Assembly: GCA_002717225.1 (NCBI GenBank)
Contig: PBDG01000046.1
Span: 8,664 to 51,883, forward strand
Length of the DNA stretch: 43,220 bases
Origin: Rhodospirillaceae bacterium
Lineage (GTDB): Bacteria; Pseudomonadota; Alphaproteobacteria; UBA828
Direction: 5' to 3'
Shown: positions 26,817 to 35,918 of the stretch, piece by piece
Layout: the number at the start of each line of letters is the position of its first letter
How positions within the stretch are numbered: the first letter of the stretch is position 1
Notes under the pieces: model-generated
Databases searched by the model: none
Seen by the model: the letters and a program-made list of their open reading frames with translations, nothing else
Told to the model about the DNA's origin: nothing
Position numbers and translations under genes: made by a program

Positions 26817-27986
26817 ATGACCGCCTGTATTGTCGGCTGGAGCCACACACCGTTCGGAAAACACGAAAACGATGATGTTGAGTCGTTGATCATCGAGGCG
26901 GCAAAGGGTGCATTGATCGATGCTGGCCTCGAAGCCACGGAGATCGACGAGATCTTTGTTGGCCATTGTAATGCAGGCTTTTCGCGTCAGGAATTCACGG
27001 CTTCCCTCGCACTGCAAGCAAGTGAGGATTTTCGCTATACGCCGGCGACACGTGTCGAGAATGCCTGTGCTACCGGCAGCGCAGCCATTCATCAGGGCAT
27101 CCGAACCATTGAAGCCAAGCGCGGCCGTTTCGTCCTTGTCGTTGGCGTCGAAAAAATGACTAGTACCAAGGGAGCTGCCATTGGTGAAAATCTACTCCGA
27201 GCCTCTTATGTAAAAGAGGAAGCGGATATTGAGGGTGGCTTCGCTGGCGTGTTCTGCACCATCGCTGATAATTATTTTCAGCGCCATGGAGATCAAAGTG
27301 ATGCGCTCGCGAAGATTGCCGCAAAAAACCACAAAGCTGGCGTGCGCAACCCATTGGCGCAGATCCAGAAGGATCTTGGCTATGATTTCTGTCGCGACGT
27401 TTCGGACAAAAACCCGCTGATAGCAGGCGGACCGCTAAAGCGCACCGATTGCTCACTTGTCTCCGATGGTGCAGCTGCACTCGTGCTAACCGATGTTGAG
27501 ACTGCGCTTCACATGCCAAAGGCGGTAATTTTTCGTGCGGCGGCGCATGTCAACGACTTCCTTCCGATGAGCCGGCGAGACATTCTCATGTTTGACGGCT
27601 GTGAGAAGGCCTGGGGTCAAGCGCTCGGTGATGCTCGCCTCACCCTTGATGATCTTGATTTCGTTGAGACCCATGACTGCTTCACCATCGCCGAGTTGCT
27701 TGAATACGAGGCCATGGGCTTGGCAAAGCGCGGCGATGGCGCCCGTGCGATCCATGAAGGTTGGACCGAGATGGATGGCAAACTTCCGGTCAATCCCTCT
27801 GGTGGCCTCAAATCCAAGGGCCACCCGATCGGCGCGACTGGGGTCTCTATGCATGTGCTGAGCGCACAGCAGGTGACTGGCACCGCTGGCGGTATCCAGG
27901 TTGAGGGCGCGAAACTTGGTGGGGTCTTCAACATGGGCGGGACGGCCGTCGCGAATTTCTGCTCGATTTTGGAGCCGCTTAGATAG
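26817..27986 (+). CDS. SCP2/SCP-x-type thiolase (acetyl-CoA acyltransferase)
   Basis: ENACATGS (catalytic Cys), CSLVSDGAAA, ETHDCF and NPSGGLKSKGHP. AAGGAG RBS. Confidence 0.92.
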   Translation: MTACIVGWSHTPFGKHENDDVESLIIEAAKGALIDAGLEATEIDEIFVGHCNAGFSRQEFTASLALQASEDFRYTPATRVENACATGSAAIHQGIRTIEAKRGRFVLVVGVEKMTSTKGAAIGENLLRASYVKEEADIEGGFAGVFCTIADNYFQRHGDQSDALAKIAAKNHKAGVRNPLAQIQKDLGYDFCRDVSDKNPLIAGGPLKRTDCSLVSDGAAALVLTDVETALHMPKAVIFRAAAHVNDFLPMSRRDILMFDGCEKAWGQALGDARLTLDDLDFVETHDCFTIAELLEYEAMGLAKRGDGARAIHEGWTEMDGKLPVNPSGGLKSKGHPIGATGVSMHVLSAQQVTGTAGGIQVEGAKLGGVFNMGGTAVANFCSILEPLR

Positions 27987-28047
27987 TGCCTGTGCACTAA
28001 GTACGTCCCTTCTTTAAAATCATTCCTAATTGCCGGAGAAGAAGGTT

Positions 28048-28569
28048 CTAATACAATTCCGCTTTGTCATCCACTGCGTGGCCTTGCTTCGGAATCAGCA
28101 TACTGCGCTCATAGGTCATGAAAACCGTACCGTCCTCTTTATGTCCAGTGGTTTTAACCGTGACGATGCCCGCGTTCGGGCGAGATTTTGATTCGCGTTT
28201 GCTCAGCACTTCAGACTCGGCGTAAATCGTGTCGCCGGCGAAAACCGGGGCGGTCAGCTTGATATCGTTCCAACCGAGGTTGGCGATCGTCTTTTGGCTG
28301 ACGTCGGAGACACTCATGCCAGCGACCACAGCAAGGGTGAAAGCGCTGTTGACTAGTGGTTTTTCGAACTCGCTGTTCTTCGCGTAATCAAGATCAAAAT
28401 GGAGCGGGTGCTTGTTCATGGTCAAGAGAGTGAACCAAGTATTGTCAGCCTGAGTCATAGTGCGGCCAGGCCGGTGCTCATATATGTGGCCAATCTCAAA
28501 ATCTTCGTAATATCGGCCGTAATCCTCACGATATCGATTTGGCCCGACCTCTTTCATGCGTGCTACCAT
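28048..28569 (-). CDS. MaoC-family (R)-specific acyl-CoA hydratase/dehydratase (RipB/Ich-like)
   Basis: GRYYEDFEIG, HRPGRT, DN..F..LTMNKHPLHFD and PVFAGDTIYAESEV. Confidence 0.88.
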   Translation of the reverse strand: MVARMKEVGPNRYREDYGRYYEDFEIGHIYEHRPGRTMTQADNTWFTLLTMNKHPLHFDLDYAKNSEFEKPLVNSAFTLAVVAGMSVSDVSQKTIANLGWNDIKLTAPVFAGDTIYAESEVLSKRESKSRPNAGIVTVKTTGHKEDGTVFMTYERSMLIPKQGHAVDDKAELY

Positions 28570-28787
28570 CTTTTATCTCCCCTATTTACAGTTTGGTTAG
28601 ATTAATAGGTTTGTGGCAGATGGAGCACGTATAAGTCCAGATGACCATCGGCTATTTCTTGATTCGCCGGGGAGATCTTCGCTGGGTGGAGCCAACTTGA
28701 GTTCCAACTTGATTGTTCCCGTGTTCTTATCAGCAAGTTGAGTTACACACCAAAGCCTCGCCACGCTGATCTCGGCAGTGAGTAGCG

Positions 28788-29660
28788 TCATACCGTTTCT
28801 CCGGAAATCTTCTGGTGAATAGCGATTGCGCGTTGCATGGCACGTACCACCGGTATCTCTACCACTTTGCCGTCAAGCAGTGCCACTCCGGCATTGCTTT
28901 CTGCATATGCAGCGAGTACCCGTTTGGCAAAGGCGATGGTCTCCGCATCAGGCGAGAAAACGTCGTTGATCGTTGGCAATTGAACAGGATGGATCGCTGC
29001 CTTGCCGGTGAAGCCCATGCGCTGGGCGAGGCGCGCTTCACGCCGTAATCCGTCGTTGTCATTTATGTCGAGGCTCGGTACATCGATCAGGTCAAGCCCG
29101 GCGGAGGATGCTGCGTGCACGGCGCGTCCCCGAGCGTAATGAAGCGCTTCCCAATCGAGACTGGAGCCGAATTCGGCGGAGAGATCGGCACCGCCGAATA
29201 GGAGAGTGTCTGTACGTGAGCTGGCAGCAGCGATTTCCAATGCTGCCTCGAGCGCTCGGCTGGTCTCGATGATCACCATTAGGTGTGTGGTTTCGTAACA
29301 CGCTTCGTCCAGCATCTCCGCAACCCAGCGGACTTCTTCGGGCGATTCGATTTTAGGTAGTGCTATAGCCGGTGGTGCGGCGCCGAAATCGATTAGCGTT
29401 AGCATGTCACGCATGCCCTCGCGTGTTCTGATCGGATTTATTCGGATGGCGCGTGATGCTGTTTCGCCGAGAGCAGCGTCATGTAGAGAGGGAATCGCCT
29501 TGTTTCGAGCTTCAGTTTTGAAATCCGGTGCAACGCCATCCTCCAAGTCTATACATACCATGTCAGCGTCGCCAGATAGCGCCTTGGCGAAGCGATCGGT
29601 TCGGAGACCGGGCGTGAAGAGCAGACTGCGGCGAAGGATAGGAATGCCTGTATTCGTCAT
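28788..29660 (-). CDS. CitE/HpcH-family CoA-ester lyase (citramalyl-/malyl-CoA lyase-like)
   Basis: RSLLFTPG, IDLEDGV, IRIN, LPKIES, IIET, GGADLS, GFTGKAAIHP and LDGKVVE. Confidence 0.9.
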   Translation of the reverse strand: MTNTGIPILRRSLLFTPGLRTDRFAKALSGDADMVCIDLEDGVAPDFKTEARNKAIPSLHDAALGETASRAIRINPIRTREGMRDMLTLIDFGAAPPAIALPKIESPEEVRWVAEMLDEACYETTHLMVIIETSRALEAALEIAAASSRTDTLLFGGADLSAEFGSSLDWEALHYARGRAVHAASSAGLDLIDVPSLDINDNDGLRREARLAQRMGFTGKAAIHPVQLPTINDVFSPDAETIAFAKRVLAAYAESNAGVALLDGKVVEIPVVRAMQRAIAIHQKISGETV

Positions 29661-29973
29661 ATATTTTCCTCAGTTGCGTGATCGTGCGCTTCAGTATGGT
29701 TAAGAATTTTGCCTGAATAGTCGGCGCTGGCAATATCACCGTCAATACAGTCGCGTCGGTTTTCGCGAACACGCGCATGGTTTCTCGCTGGATGATAGAA
29801 TTTACCTTTGCAGATTGATCGCTCGCTAGAACTCTTAGCCGCATGGCTGGGGCAGAGCGGATTATAACTGCACCGGTCTTTCTCACTTCGGATTCTGCAG
29901 CTACGATCTCCGAACGTATGCTCAATATATTTAGTGACTTGTTGATGCACCAAACCAATTGGGAGAGAAAGTA

Positions 29974-31428
29974 ATGACATCAGGCAACGAAATCTGCCGC
30001 ATGGATGCGGGTACCTTGGCAAGCAAAGTGCGGGCTAAGGAGCTTTCGCCGGTCGAAGTGATAAATGCCAGCATTGAGCGCATGGACAAGCTTGAGCCAT
30101 TACTGCATGCTTTTTGCACGCCAGGTCCGGAGCAGGCGCGCGCCGCAGCGAGGCAGCTTGAAGCTGACATTATGGCTGGCAAGGATCCTGGAGTGCTTGC
30201 CGGCGTTCCTGTAAGCATTAAGGACCTAGTTTGCACGAAGGACCTGCCAACCGTTTCCGGATCAAACGTATATAAGGGTTTTTGCGGCGGTGTTGATGAT
30301 GTGGTGGTTGAGCGTCTTCGGGACGCCGGGGCCATCATCATCGGTAAGACCAATGTGCCGGAATTTGGCTATTCCGGGGTCGGCCATAATCCGGTGTTTG
30401 AGACCACGCGCAACCCTTGGAACCTGCAGCGCACGCCTGGAGGCTCCAGCGCTGGCGCAGGGGCAGCTGTAGCCTCCGGAATGGGACCCTTCGCTATTGG
30501 TAGTGACGGTGGTGGCTCGGTAAGAATTCCGGCTTCATTCAGCGGCATTGTTGGTATCAAGGCTTCTATGGGCCGGGTGCCACTCTGGCCTGGCACTAAA
30601 GATGAGACCATGCCCGGTGTCTCAAGTTGGGAGAGCCTAGAGTGCATTGGTCCGATGAGCCGTACCGTTGCTGATAGCGCGCTTATGCTCTCCGTTATCT
30701 CTGGCCCCGACATGCGCGATCGACGCACGCTTCCTAAAGCTGAGTTTGATTGGATGGAATGTCTGCAAGGTGACCTCAAGGGATTACGCGTTGCCTATAG
30801 TGCAGACTGGGGCTATGCCGCGGTAGATCCCGAAGTGCGCGAGGTCGTTGGTAATGCGGTGAAAGTGTTTGAAAGTGAACTCGGCTGCACCATTGAAGAA
30901 GAGAATCCGGGTTGGGAAGATCCTTATGAAGCTTTCTGGGGCTTGGTCGCTGCTGAGACAGATCTCGTTGGCATGCGCAAACTGGTCGATCAGCATGCCC
31001 ATCACATGACACCGCACCTAGTTGATTTTCTTAATACTCCTTGGACGGCAGAGCAATTGACTAGCGCCGTGATGGCGCGAAAGGGTGTCGCCAATAAGGC
31101 AGCAGAATTCATGTCTAATTACGATCTTTTGCTGACACCAACTCTCGCCGTGCCGCCCTTCGCACTACATATTCAGGGTGTAGAAAAAATTGACGGCCAG
31201 ATTGTACCGCCTTTTCAATGGCTCGCATTTACCTTCCCGTTCAACATGACCGGTCAGCCTGCGGCATCGGTGCCGGCGGGTTTTACCAAGGACGGATTGC
31301 CGGTGGGCCTGCAAATTGTTGGTCGTCACCTTGATGACCCAGCAGTGATTCGCGCCTGTGCTAATTTCGAGATGGCGCGGCCATGGGCTGACAAGTGGCC
31401 CGAGTTGTTGGGCGACATGGGGTTGTAG
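29974..31428 (+). CDS. Amidase signature family amidase (3)
   Basis: GVPVSIKD, GKTNVPEFG, TPGGSSAGA and GSDGGGSVRIPA. ATG at 29974 after GGGAGA. Confidence 0.93.
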   Translation: MTSGNEICRMDAGTLASKVRAKELSPVEVINASIERMDKLEPLLHAFCTPGPEQARAAARQLEADIMAGKDPGVLAGVPVSIKDLVCTKDLPTVSGSNVYKGFCGGVDDVVVERLRDAGAIIIGKTNVPEFGYSGVGHNPVFETTRNPWNLQRTPGGSSAGAGAAVASGMGPFAIGSDGGGSVRIPASFSGIVGIKASMGRVPLWPGTKDETMPGVSSWESLECIGPMSRTVADSALMLSVISGPDMRDRRTLPKAEFDWMECLQGDLKGLRVAYSADWGYAAVDPEVREVVGNAVKVFESELGCTIEEENPGWEDPYEAFWGLVAAETDLVGMRKLVDQHAHHMTPHLVDFLNTPWTAEQLTSAVMARKGVANKAAEFMSNYDLLLTPTLAVPPFALHIQGVEKIDGQIVPPFQWLAFTFPFNMTGQPAASVPAGFTKDGLPVGLQIVGRHLDDPAVIRACANFEMARPWADKWPELLGDMGL

Positions 31429-31586
31429 TGAAGGTCGATTGTTGTGACTGGTCGCGTCTTTATCACCTTACATGAGAAGTGGAGAAGTGGCGGCAGTCAA
31501 AGCCGTCTGGACAAGAGGCTGGTGTGGCAGGTTCATCTCATTGCAAACGATGCGATGGAACCGGCGCAAGATAGTTTAGTCATATT

Positions 31587-32383
31587 TTGAGCGAGCTAGC
31601 CCCGCAAATCATAACCCTGACACTGCTTAGCGGAGCGATCGTTGGCTTATCCCTAGGCGCGTTTGGCGGAGGTGGGTCTGTACTTGCTGCACCCTTGTTG
31701 CTCTTCGTGGTTGGCGTCGATGATCCACATGTCGCGATTGGGACATCAGCCGCTGCGGTAACGGCAATAGCGTTTCTCAGCCTATTCGGTCATTGGCGTG
31801 GTAATCGAGTCAAATGGCCATGTGCTATTGTGTTCGCTGTGTCAGGGTTTGCCGGCTCACTTGTTGGTTCGAGTCTTGCTAAAGTTACTCAGGACGATGT
31901 CTTGTTACTAAGCTTTGCTGCTGCGATGGCAATGATCGGAATTTCCATGTTCCGAAAACCAATGAATGCCGGAAATTCGGATGTTACCCTTACGCCGAGC
32001 CTGGTGCTCCGCCTCGCTCCAATGGGTCTGTTGGTTGGAACTGCGTCGGGCTTTTTCGGAATTGGGGGGGGGGATTTTTGATCGTGCCGGGGTTGATGTT
32101 GGCGTCCGGAATGACCATAGCCAATGCCACGGCTTCGTCCCTCGTATCGGTGACCATATTTGGTGCGACTACTTCGGTTAATTATGCGATCTCCGGCCTG
32201 GTGGACGGTCGTTTGACATTACTGCTCCTAGCTGGTGGCGGAGTTGGTGGAATTGTCGGCATCCGTCTCTCAAAGTGGCTCGCTGGTAGGCCCCGCACGG
32301 CGCGCATTGTCCTCGCGATTATAATTCTAGCCGCGTCAGTATTTGTCGCTATGCAAGCCGGTCGTAATCTGTGGCACACCTAA
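31587..32383 (+). pseudogene. TauE/SafE sulfite-exporter family permease, frameshifted at a G10 tract
   Basis: GAFGGGGSVLAAP..AIGTS repeat 1. The second repeat GFFGIGGG|FLIVP is split between ORFs 31587-32081 and 32078-32383 by G10 at 32064-32073. Confidence 0.85.
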
Positions 32384-32616
32384 ATGCTTAGTGTTCAATA
32401 ATCGCCTAAAGAATCTGCATAAGACGGGCTCAGTTATCCAAGGTTGCCGGTCCGATAAGAATAATTGAGATAATTTTTTCTGATAGCCCTGATATTAGCC
32501 TCACAACATTGCGCATCCATTTTCAATCGAAATATAGATGCAGCGAGAATAGTATTTGCCTTTTAGTTTATAAAGAATCACAAACAAGACCTCCTTATTT
32601 TTAGGTACAGATCGGG

Positions 32617-32631
32617 TTAATAAATTTTTAA
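32617..32631. promoter_or_regulatory. CtrA-type box TTAA-N7-TTAA
   Basis: TTAA-TAAATTT-TTAA (TTAA-N7-TTAAC on the minus strand) in the intergenic region upstream of the thiolase-like operon. The AT-rich context raises the chance of a coincidental match. Confidence 0.35.
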
Positions 32632-32810
32632 ACTCGTTAGAACGGGCTTGCCAATCAGACCAGACGACAGCTACTTACAATGCACCTGGATGCTTCATGT
32701 TTTGGTGCCTTGTTGCTGACGCCAATACAAAAAAGGGCTGAATTGCACTCGATGACTGAATATTTCACAGCACTTGCTGGATATTTTGATCGGCGCCCGA
32801 AAACGCGGTT

Positions 32811-33983
32811 ATGACGCCGCGCGGTTATCGTCACGTCGCGGCTGCAGTCCCGGTAACCATTCCCTACGTGAGACGTTCCGAGCATGGCGTTTACTGGTGG
32901 CTTGGTCGTGCGCTTGGTGAACTGGTGCGCCGCTCGGGCATTTCTAAACAGGAGATCGACGGACTGATTGCAGCCAGTTATACGCTCCGCCCCGATAGTG
33001 TTGTTTCACTCACCGAGTATTTTGGTCTGACGGTACGCTGGCTTGAGGATTTGCCTATGGGTGGAGCATCGGGGCCGGTCGCCCTGTGCCGTGCCGCCCG
33101 CGCGGTCGAGGCGGGAGATGCAGAAATTGTAGCCTGTATCGCCGGAGATGTGCTAGGCGGCGCGGCTTTTGGAAAACTTATGGACAATTACAGTAGTTTT
33201 TCCCGCGACGCCGTGCTGCCCTATGGTATCGTTGGCCCCAACCTACCCTTTGCGTTGATCACCCGCCATTATATGGAGCGTACGGGAGCAGTACGCGAGG
33301 ATATGGGTCGTATCTGTATCGCTCAGCGTCATAATGGTCATTATTTTCCCCACGCGCTCCTCAAAAACCCACTCACCATGAAGGAGTATCTCGCTGCTCG
33401 CCCTATTGCGGAGCCACTTCACCTTTTCGATTGCGTCATGCCATGTTCCGGCGCGGAAGGTTTTCTCGTGATGAGCGAGGACCGGGCCCAAGCAGGTGGC
33501 TTACCCTATGCAAGTATTTTAGCCGGTGTTGAGCGGTACAATGCTTTTCCCGAAGACAAGGTGCAGGTCTCGGGTGGCTGGCCAATGGACCGGGATAGAC
33601 TCTACGCTGCTGCGGGCCTTGGCCCCGGCGATATGCACTTCCTCCAGGCCTATGACGATTACCCGGTTATCGTGATGTTTCAATTGGAGGGTCTCGGTTT
33701 CTGTGAAACAGGGGAGGCACCGGAATTTGTCCGCGCGGTCGATCTTACCGCCGACGGGGTTGGTCTTCCGCTCAATACCGGTGGCGGACAACTCTCTCTT
33801 GGCCAGGCTGGTGCGGTCGGTGGCTTTGTTGGGATAACTGAGGGCTTGCGTCAGGTATCCGGTCAGGCGCTCGGCCTCCAAGTGATGAATGCTACAGTCG
33901 GGCTGGTTTCTGGTTACGGGACGGTGAATTTTGATCGGGGGCTTTGTTCGTCAGCGGTGATTTTAGCTCGGGGTAGCGCATGA
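32811..33983 (+). CDS. Thiolase-fold protein lacking the catalytic Cys (Ltp2-like), partner of DUF35
   Basis: MGGASG at the usual Cys site, plus FDCVMPCSGA, AYDDYP and LNTGGGQLS. Confidence 0.88.
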   Translation: MTPRGYRHVAAAVPVTIPYVRRSEHGVYWWLGRALGELVRRSGISKQEIDGLIAASYTLRPDSVVSLTEYFGLTVRWLEDLPMGGASGPVALCRAARAVEAGDAEIVACIAGDVLGGAAFGKLMDNYSSFSRDAVLPYGIVGPNLPFALITRHYMERTGAVREDMGRICIAQRHNGHYFPHALLKNPLTMKEYLAARPIAEPLHLFDCVMPCSGAEGFLVMSEDRAQAGGLPYASILAGVERYNAFPEDKVQVSGGWPMDRDRLYAAAGLGPGDMHFLQAYDDYPVIVMFQLEGLGFCETGEAPEFVRAVDLTADGVGLPLNTGGGQLSLGQAGAVGGFVGITEGLRQVSGQALGLQVMNATVGLVSGYGTVNFDRGLCSSAVILARGSA

Positions 33984-34312
33984 ACCTGTGCCTGCCGCAT
34001 TGCCAAGTTTGCGCCCGATCGCATTGGCCGTCGCGCGAAATTTGCCCCCATTGCCTTGGTCATGAGATTCAATGGACCGAGATAGAATCGAGTGGAAGTG
34101 TGGTGACGGCGACGCTTCTGCATCATAGTCTTGAGCCCCGCTTTCGTGAGCACCTGCCGGTTTGTGTCGCGACTATTCAACTTGATTGCGGCGTGTGCGT
34201 TTTGGTATATCTTGAACCCGGTGACCTCGCTATTGGCAACCGTGTTATCGTATCTACCGGCACTGGGCCGACTGGGCAAGAAGCGCTAGTGGCAAAGTCT
34301 GTGACACGCTAA
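33980..34312 (+). CDS. Zn-ribbon/OB-fold DUF35 (ChsH2-like) protein
   Basis: CQVC..HWPSREICPHC zinc ribbon followed by OB-fold strands. ATGA overlap with the thiolase-fold gene. Confidence 0.85.
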   Translation: MNLCLPHCQVCARSHWPSREICPHCLGHEIQWTEIESSGSVVTATLLHHSLEPRFREHLPVCVATIQLDCGVCVLVYLEPGDLAIGNRVIVSTGTGPTGQEALVAKSVTR

Positions 34313-34336
34313 GCTAAATATTTTGGGGGGAGGATC

Positions 34337-35902
34337 ATGGCTCGAGGACCGGAACTGCCGAGTGTGGCACAACTGCTTGAGATCGCTGGGGATTTCGGAA
34401 TTGATATGACACCTGAACGGGCTGCAGAATATCGCGTTACCATGGCAGGGGGCATCCGTGCCATGCGGCGCATTGATGATCTTCCAGAAGACCAGCCAGA
34501 AGTGAAATATCCGCGCACCACCGGTCGTCGTCCGAAACCCGAAGAAAACCCCTATAACGCTTGGTATTGGGTAACAGATATTAAGGGGGCAGCGGACGGA
34601 CCCTTGAAGGGGGAACGTATTGGTATTAAGGACGTTATCTCCGTCGCTGGCGTCCCGATGATGAACGGGTCGCGTGTTCTTGAAGGCTATGTGCCGCAGA
34701 TTGATGCCACAGTCGTTACTCGGTTGCTTGATGCCGGCTCGGTGATTGTCGGCAAAACTGCGTCTTCTGACTTTTCCTTCTCCTCTGGAGGTCATACCAG
34801 TGCCTTCGGGCCGGTGCGGAACCCCCATAAACCAAGTCACTCACCGGGCGGTTCGTCCAAGGGTAGCGGCGCCGCAATCGCGGCTGGCGATGTAAAGATG
34901 GCGCTCGGTGGCGACCAGGGAGGTTCGATCCGCATCCCTGCCGCTTGGTGCGGCGTGGTTGGCTTCAAACAGACTCATGGTTTAGTGCCCTATACCGGTT
35001 GTATGGGCATCGAGATGTCGTTCGATACCGTCGGACCAATGGCAGACAGCGTCGAAAATGTTGCGCGCATGCTTTCGGTGCTCGCGGGTCCGGATCCGCT
35101 CGACCCACGCCAGCGGGGTGTGATCCCGGATGACTACGTGGAGGACTATCTGCCGGCGATTGGACAGGGTTGTGAGGGACTCACCATAGGCGTCGTCGAG
35201 GAGGGTTTTGGCCACAAGGCGGATACTTGGCCAGATCTGCAATTTTTGCCGAGCGACCGCCGTGTCGATGCAAAGGTGCGTGCAACTGTAAAAGGCATGA
35301 AGCAGATGGGCGCCAAGGTACGCAAGGTCTCCGTACCGATGCATTACGATGGTATGCGTATCTGGTTTGCCCTCGCGGCGGAGGGTGCAGTTGATGTGAT
35401 GCATCACCGTGCTGGTCTCGGCTCTAACTGGCAGGGCTATTACGACACACCGCTGCTTGATCATGTGGCGAAGAGCTTGAAAGCGCGGCCTAACGATATC
35501 CCGATGACGGTGATCAACGTCCTCCTTATGGGCGAGTATCTCCGCCGTCATTATCACGGACGCTATTATGCCAAGGCGCAAAATCAACGCGGCTCACTTG
35601 CAGCCTCCTATGATGCGGCGCTGGAGGAATGCGATGTTCTTGTCATGCCGACAATTCCACAGCTTTCCGGACCGATTCCACCGCCGGACGCGCCGTTCAG
35701 CGAATATATGTTTCGTTCGCTCAATATGCTCAACAATTGTCCACAAATGAATGCAACCGGTCATCCTGCTATCAGCGTGCCCTGCGGCATGATTGATGGC
35801 CTGCCGGTCGGGCTACAGATCATCGGCCGGCATTTCGATGACTTTACAGTGCTACGCGCTGCCGATGCTTCGGAGAAGCTCGGCGATTGGCGCAAGAGAT
35901 AG
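34337..35902 (+). CDS. Amidase signature family amidase (4), long N-terminal type resembling nitrile-hydratase-associated amidases
   Basis: ENPYNAWY, IGIKD, SPGGSSKGS and GGDQGGSIRIPAAWCG. GGAGG RBS. Confidence 0.93.
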   Translation: MARGPELPSVAQLLEIAGDFGIDMTPERAAEYRVTMAGGIRAMRRIDDLPEDQPEVKYPRTTGRRPKPEENPYNAWYWVTDIKGAADGPLKGERIGIKDVISVAGVPMMNGSRVLEGYVPQIDATVVTRLLDAGSVIVGKTASSDFSFSSGGHTSAFGPVRNPHKPSHSPGGSSKGSGAAIAAGDVKMALGGDQGGSIRIPAAWCGVVGFKQTHGLVPYTGCMGIEMSFDTVGPMADSVENVARMLSVLAGPDPLDPRQRGVIPDDYVEDYLPAIGQGCEGLTIGVVEEGFGHKADTWPDLQFLPSDRRVDAKVRATVKGMKQMGAKVRKVSVPMHYDGMRIWFALAAEGAVDVMHHRAGLGSNWQGYYDTPLLDHVAKSLKARPNDIPMTVINVLLMGEYLRRHYHGRYYAKAQNQRGSLAASYDAALEECDVLVMPTIPQLSGPIPPPDAPFSEYMFRSLNMLNNCPQMNATGHPAISVPCGMIDGLPVGLQIIGRHFDDFTVLRAADASEKLGDWRKR

Positions 35903-35918
35903 AGGGCGTGTGATCACG

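Noticed and set aside
29563-30022. Minus-strand ORFs of 131 and 121 aa upstream of the CitE-like lyase
   Set aside because: They overlap real genes, cover a divergent promoter region and show no family features.
34982-35587. Long antisense ORFs (this 201-aa one, also 25292-25921, 609-1148 and 36345-36863)
   Set aside because: They are shadows of well-supported genes, as expected from GC-rich codon bias.
23926-35902. Any of the amidases being GatA
   Set aside because: There is no adjacent gatB/gatC and all four sit in catabolic contexts.
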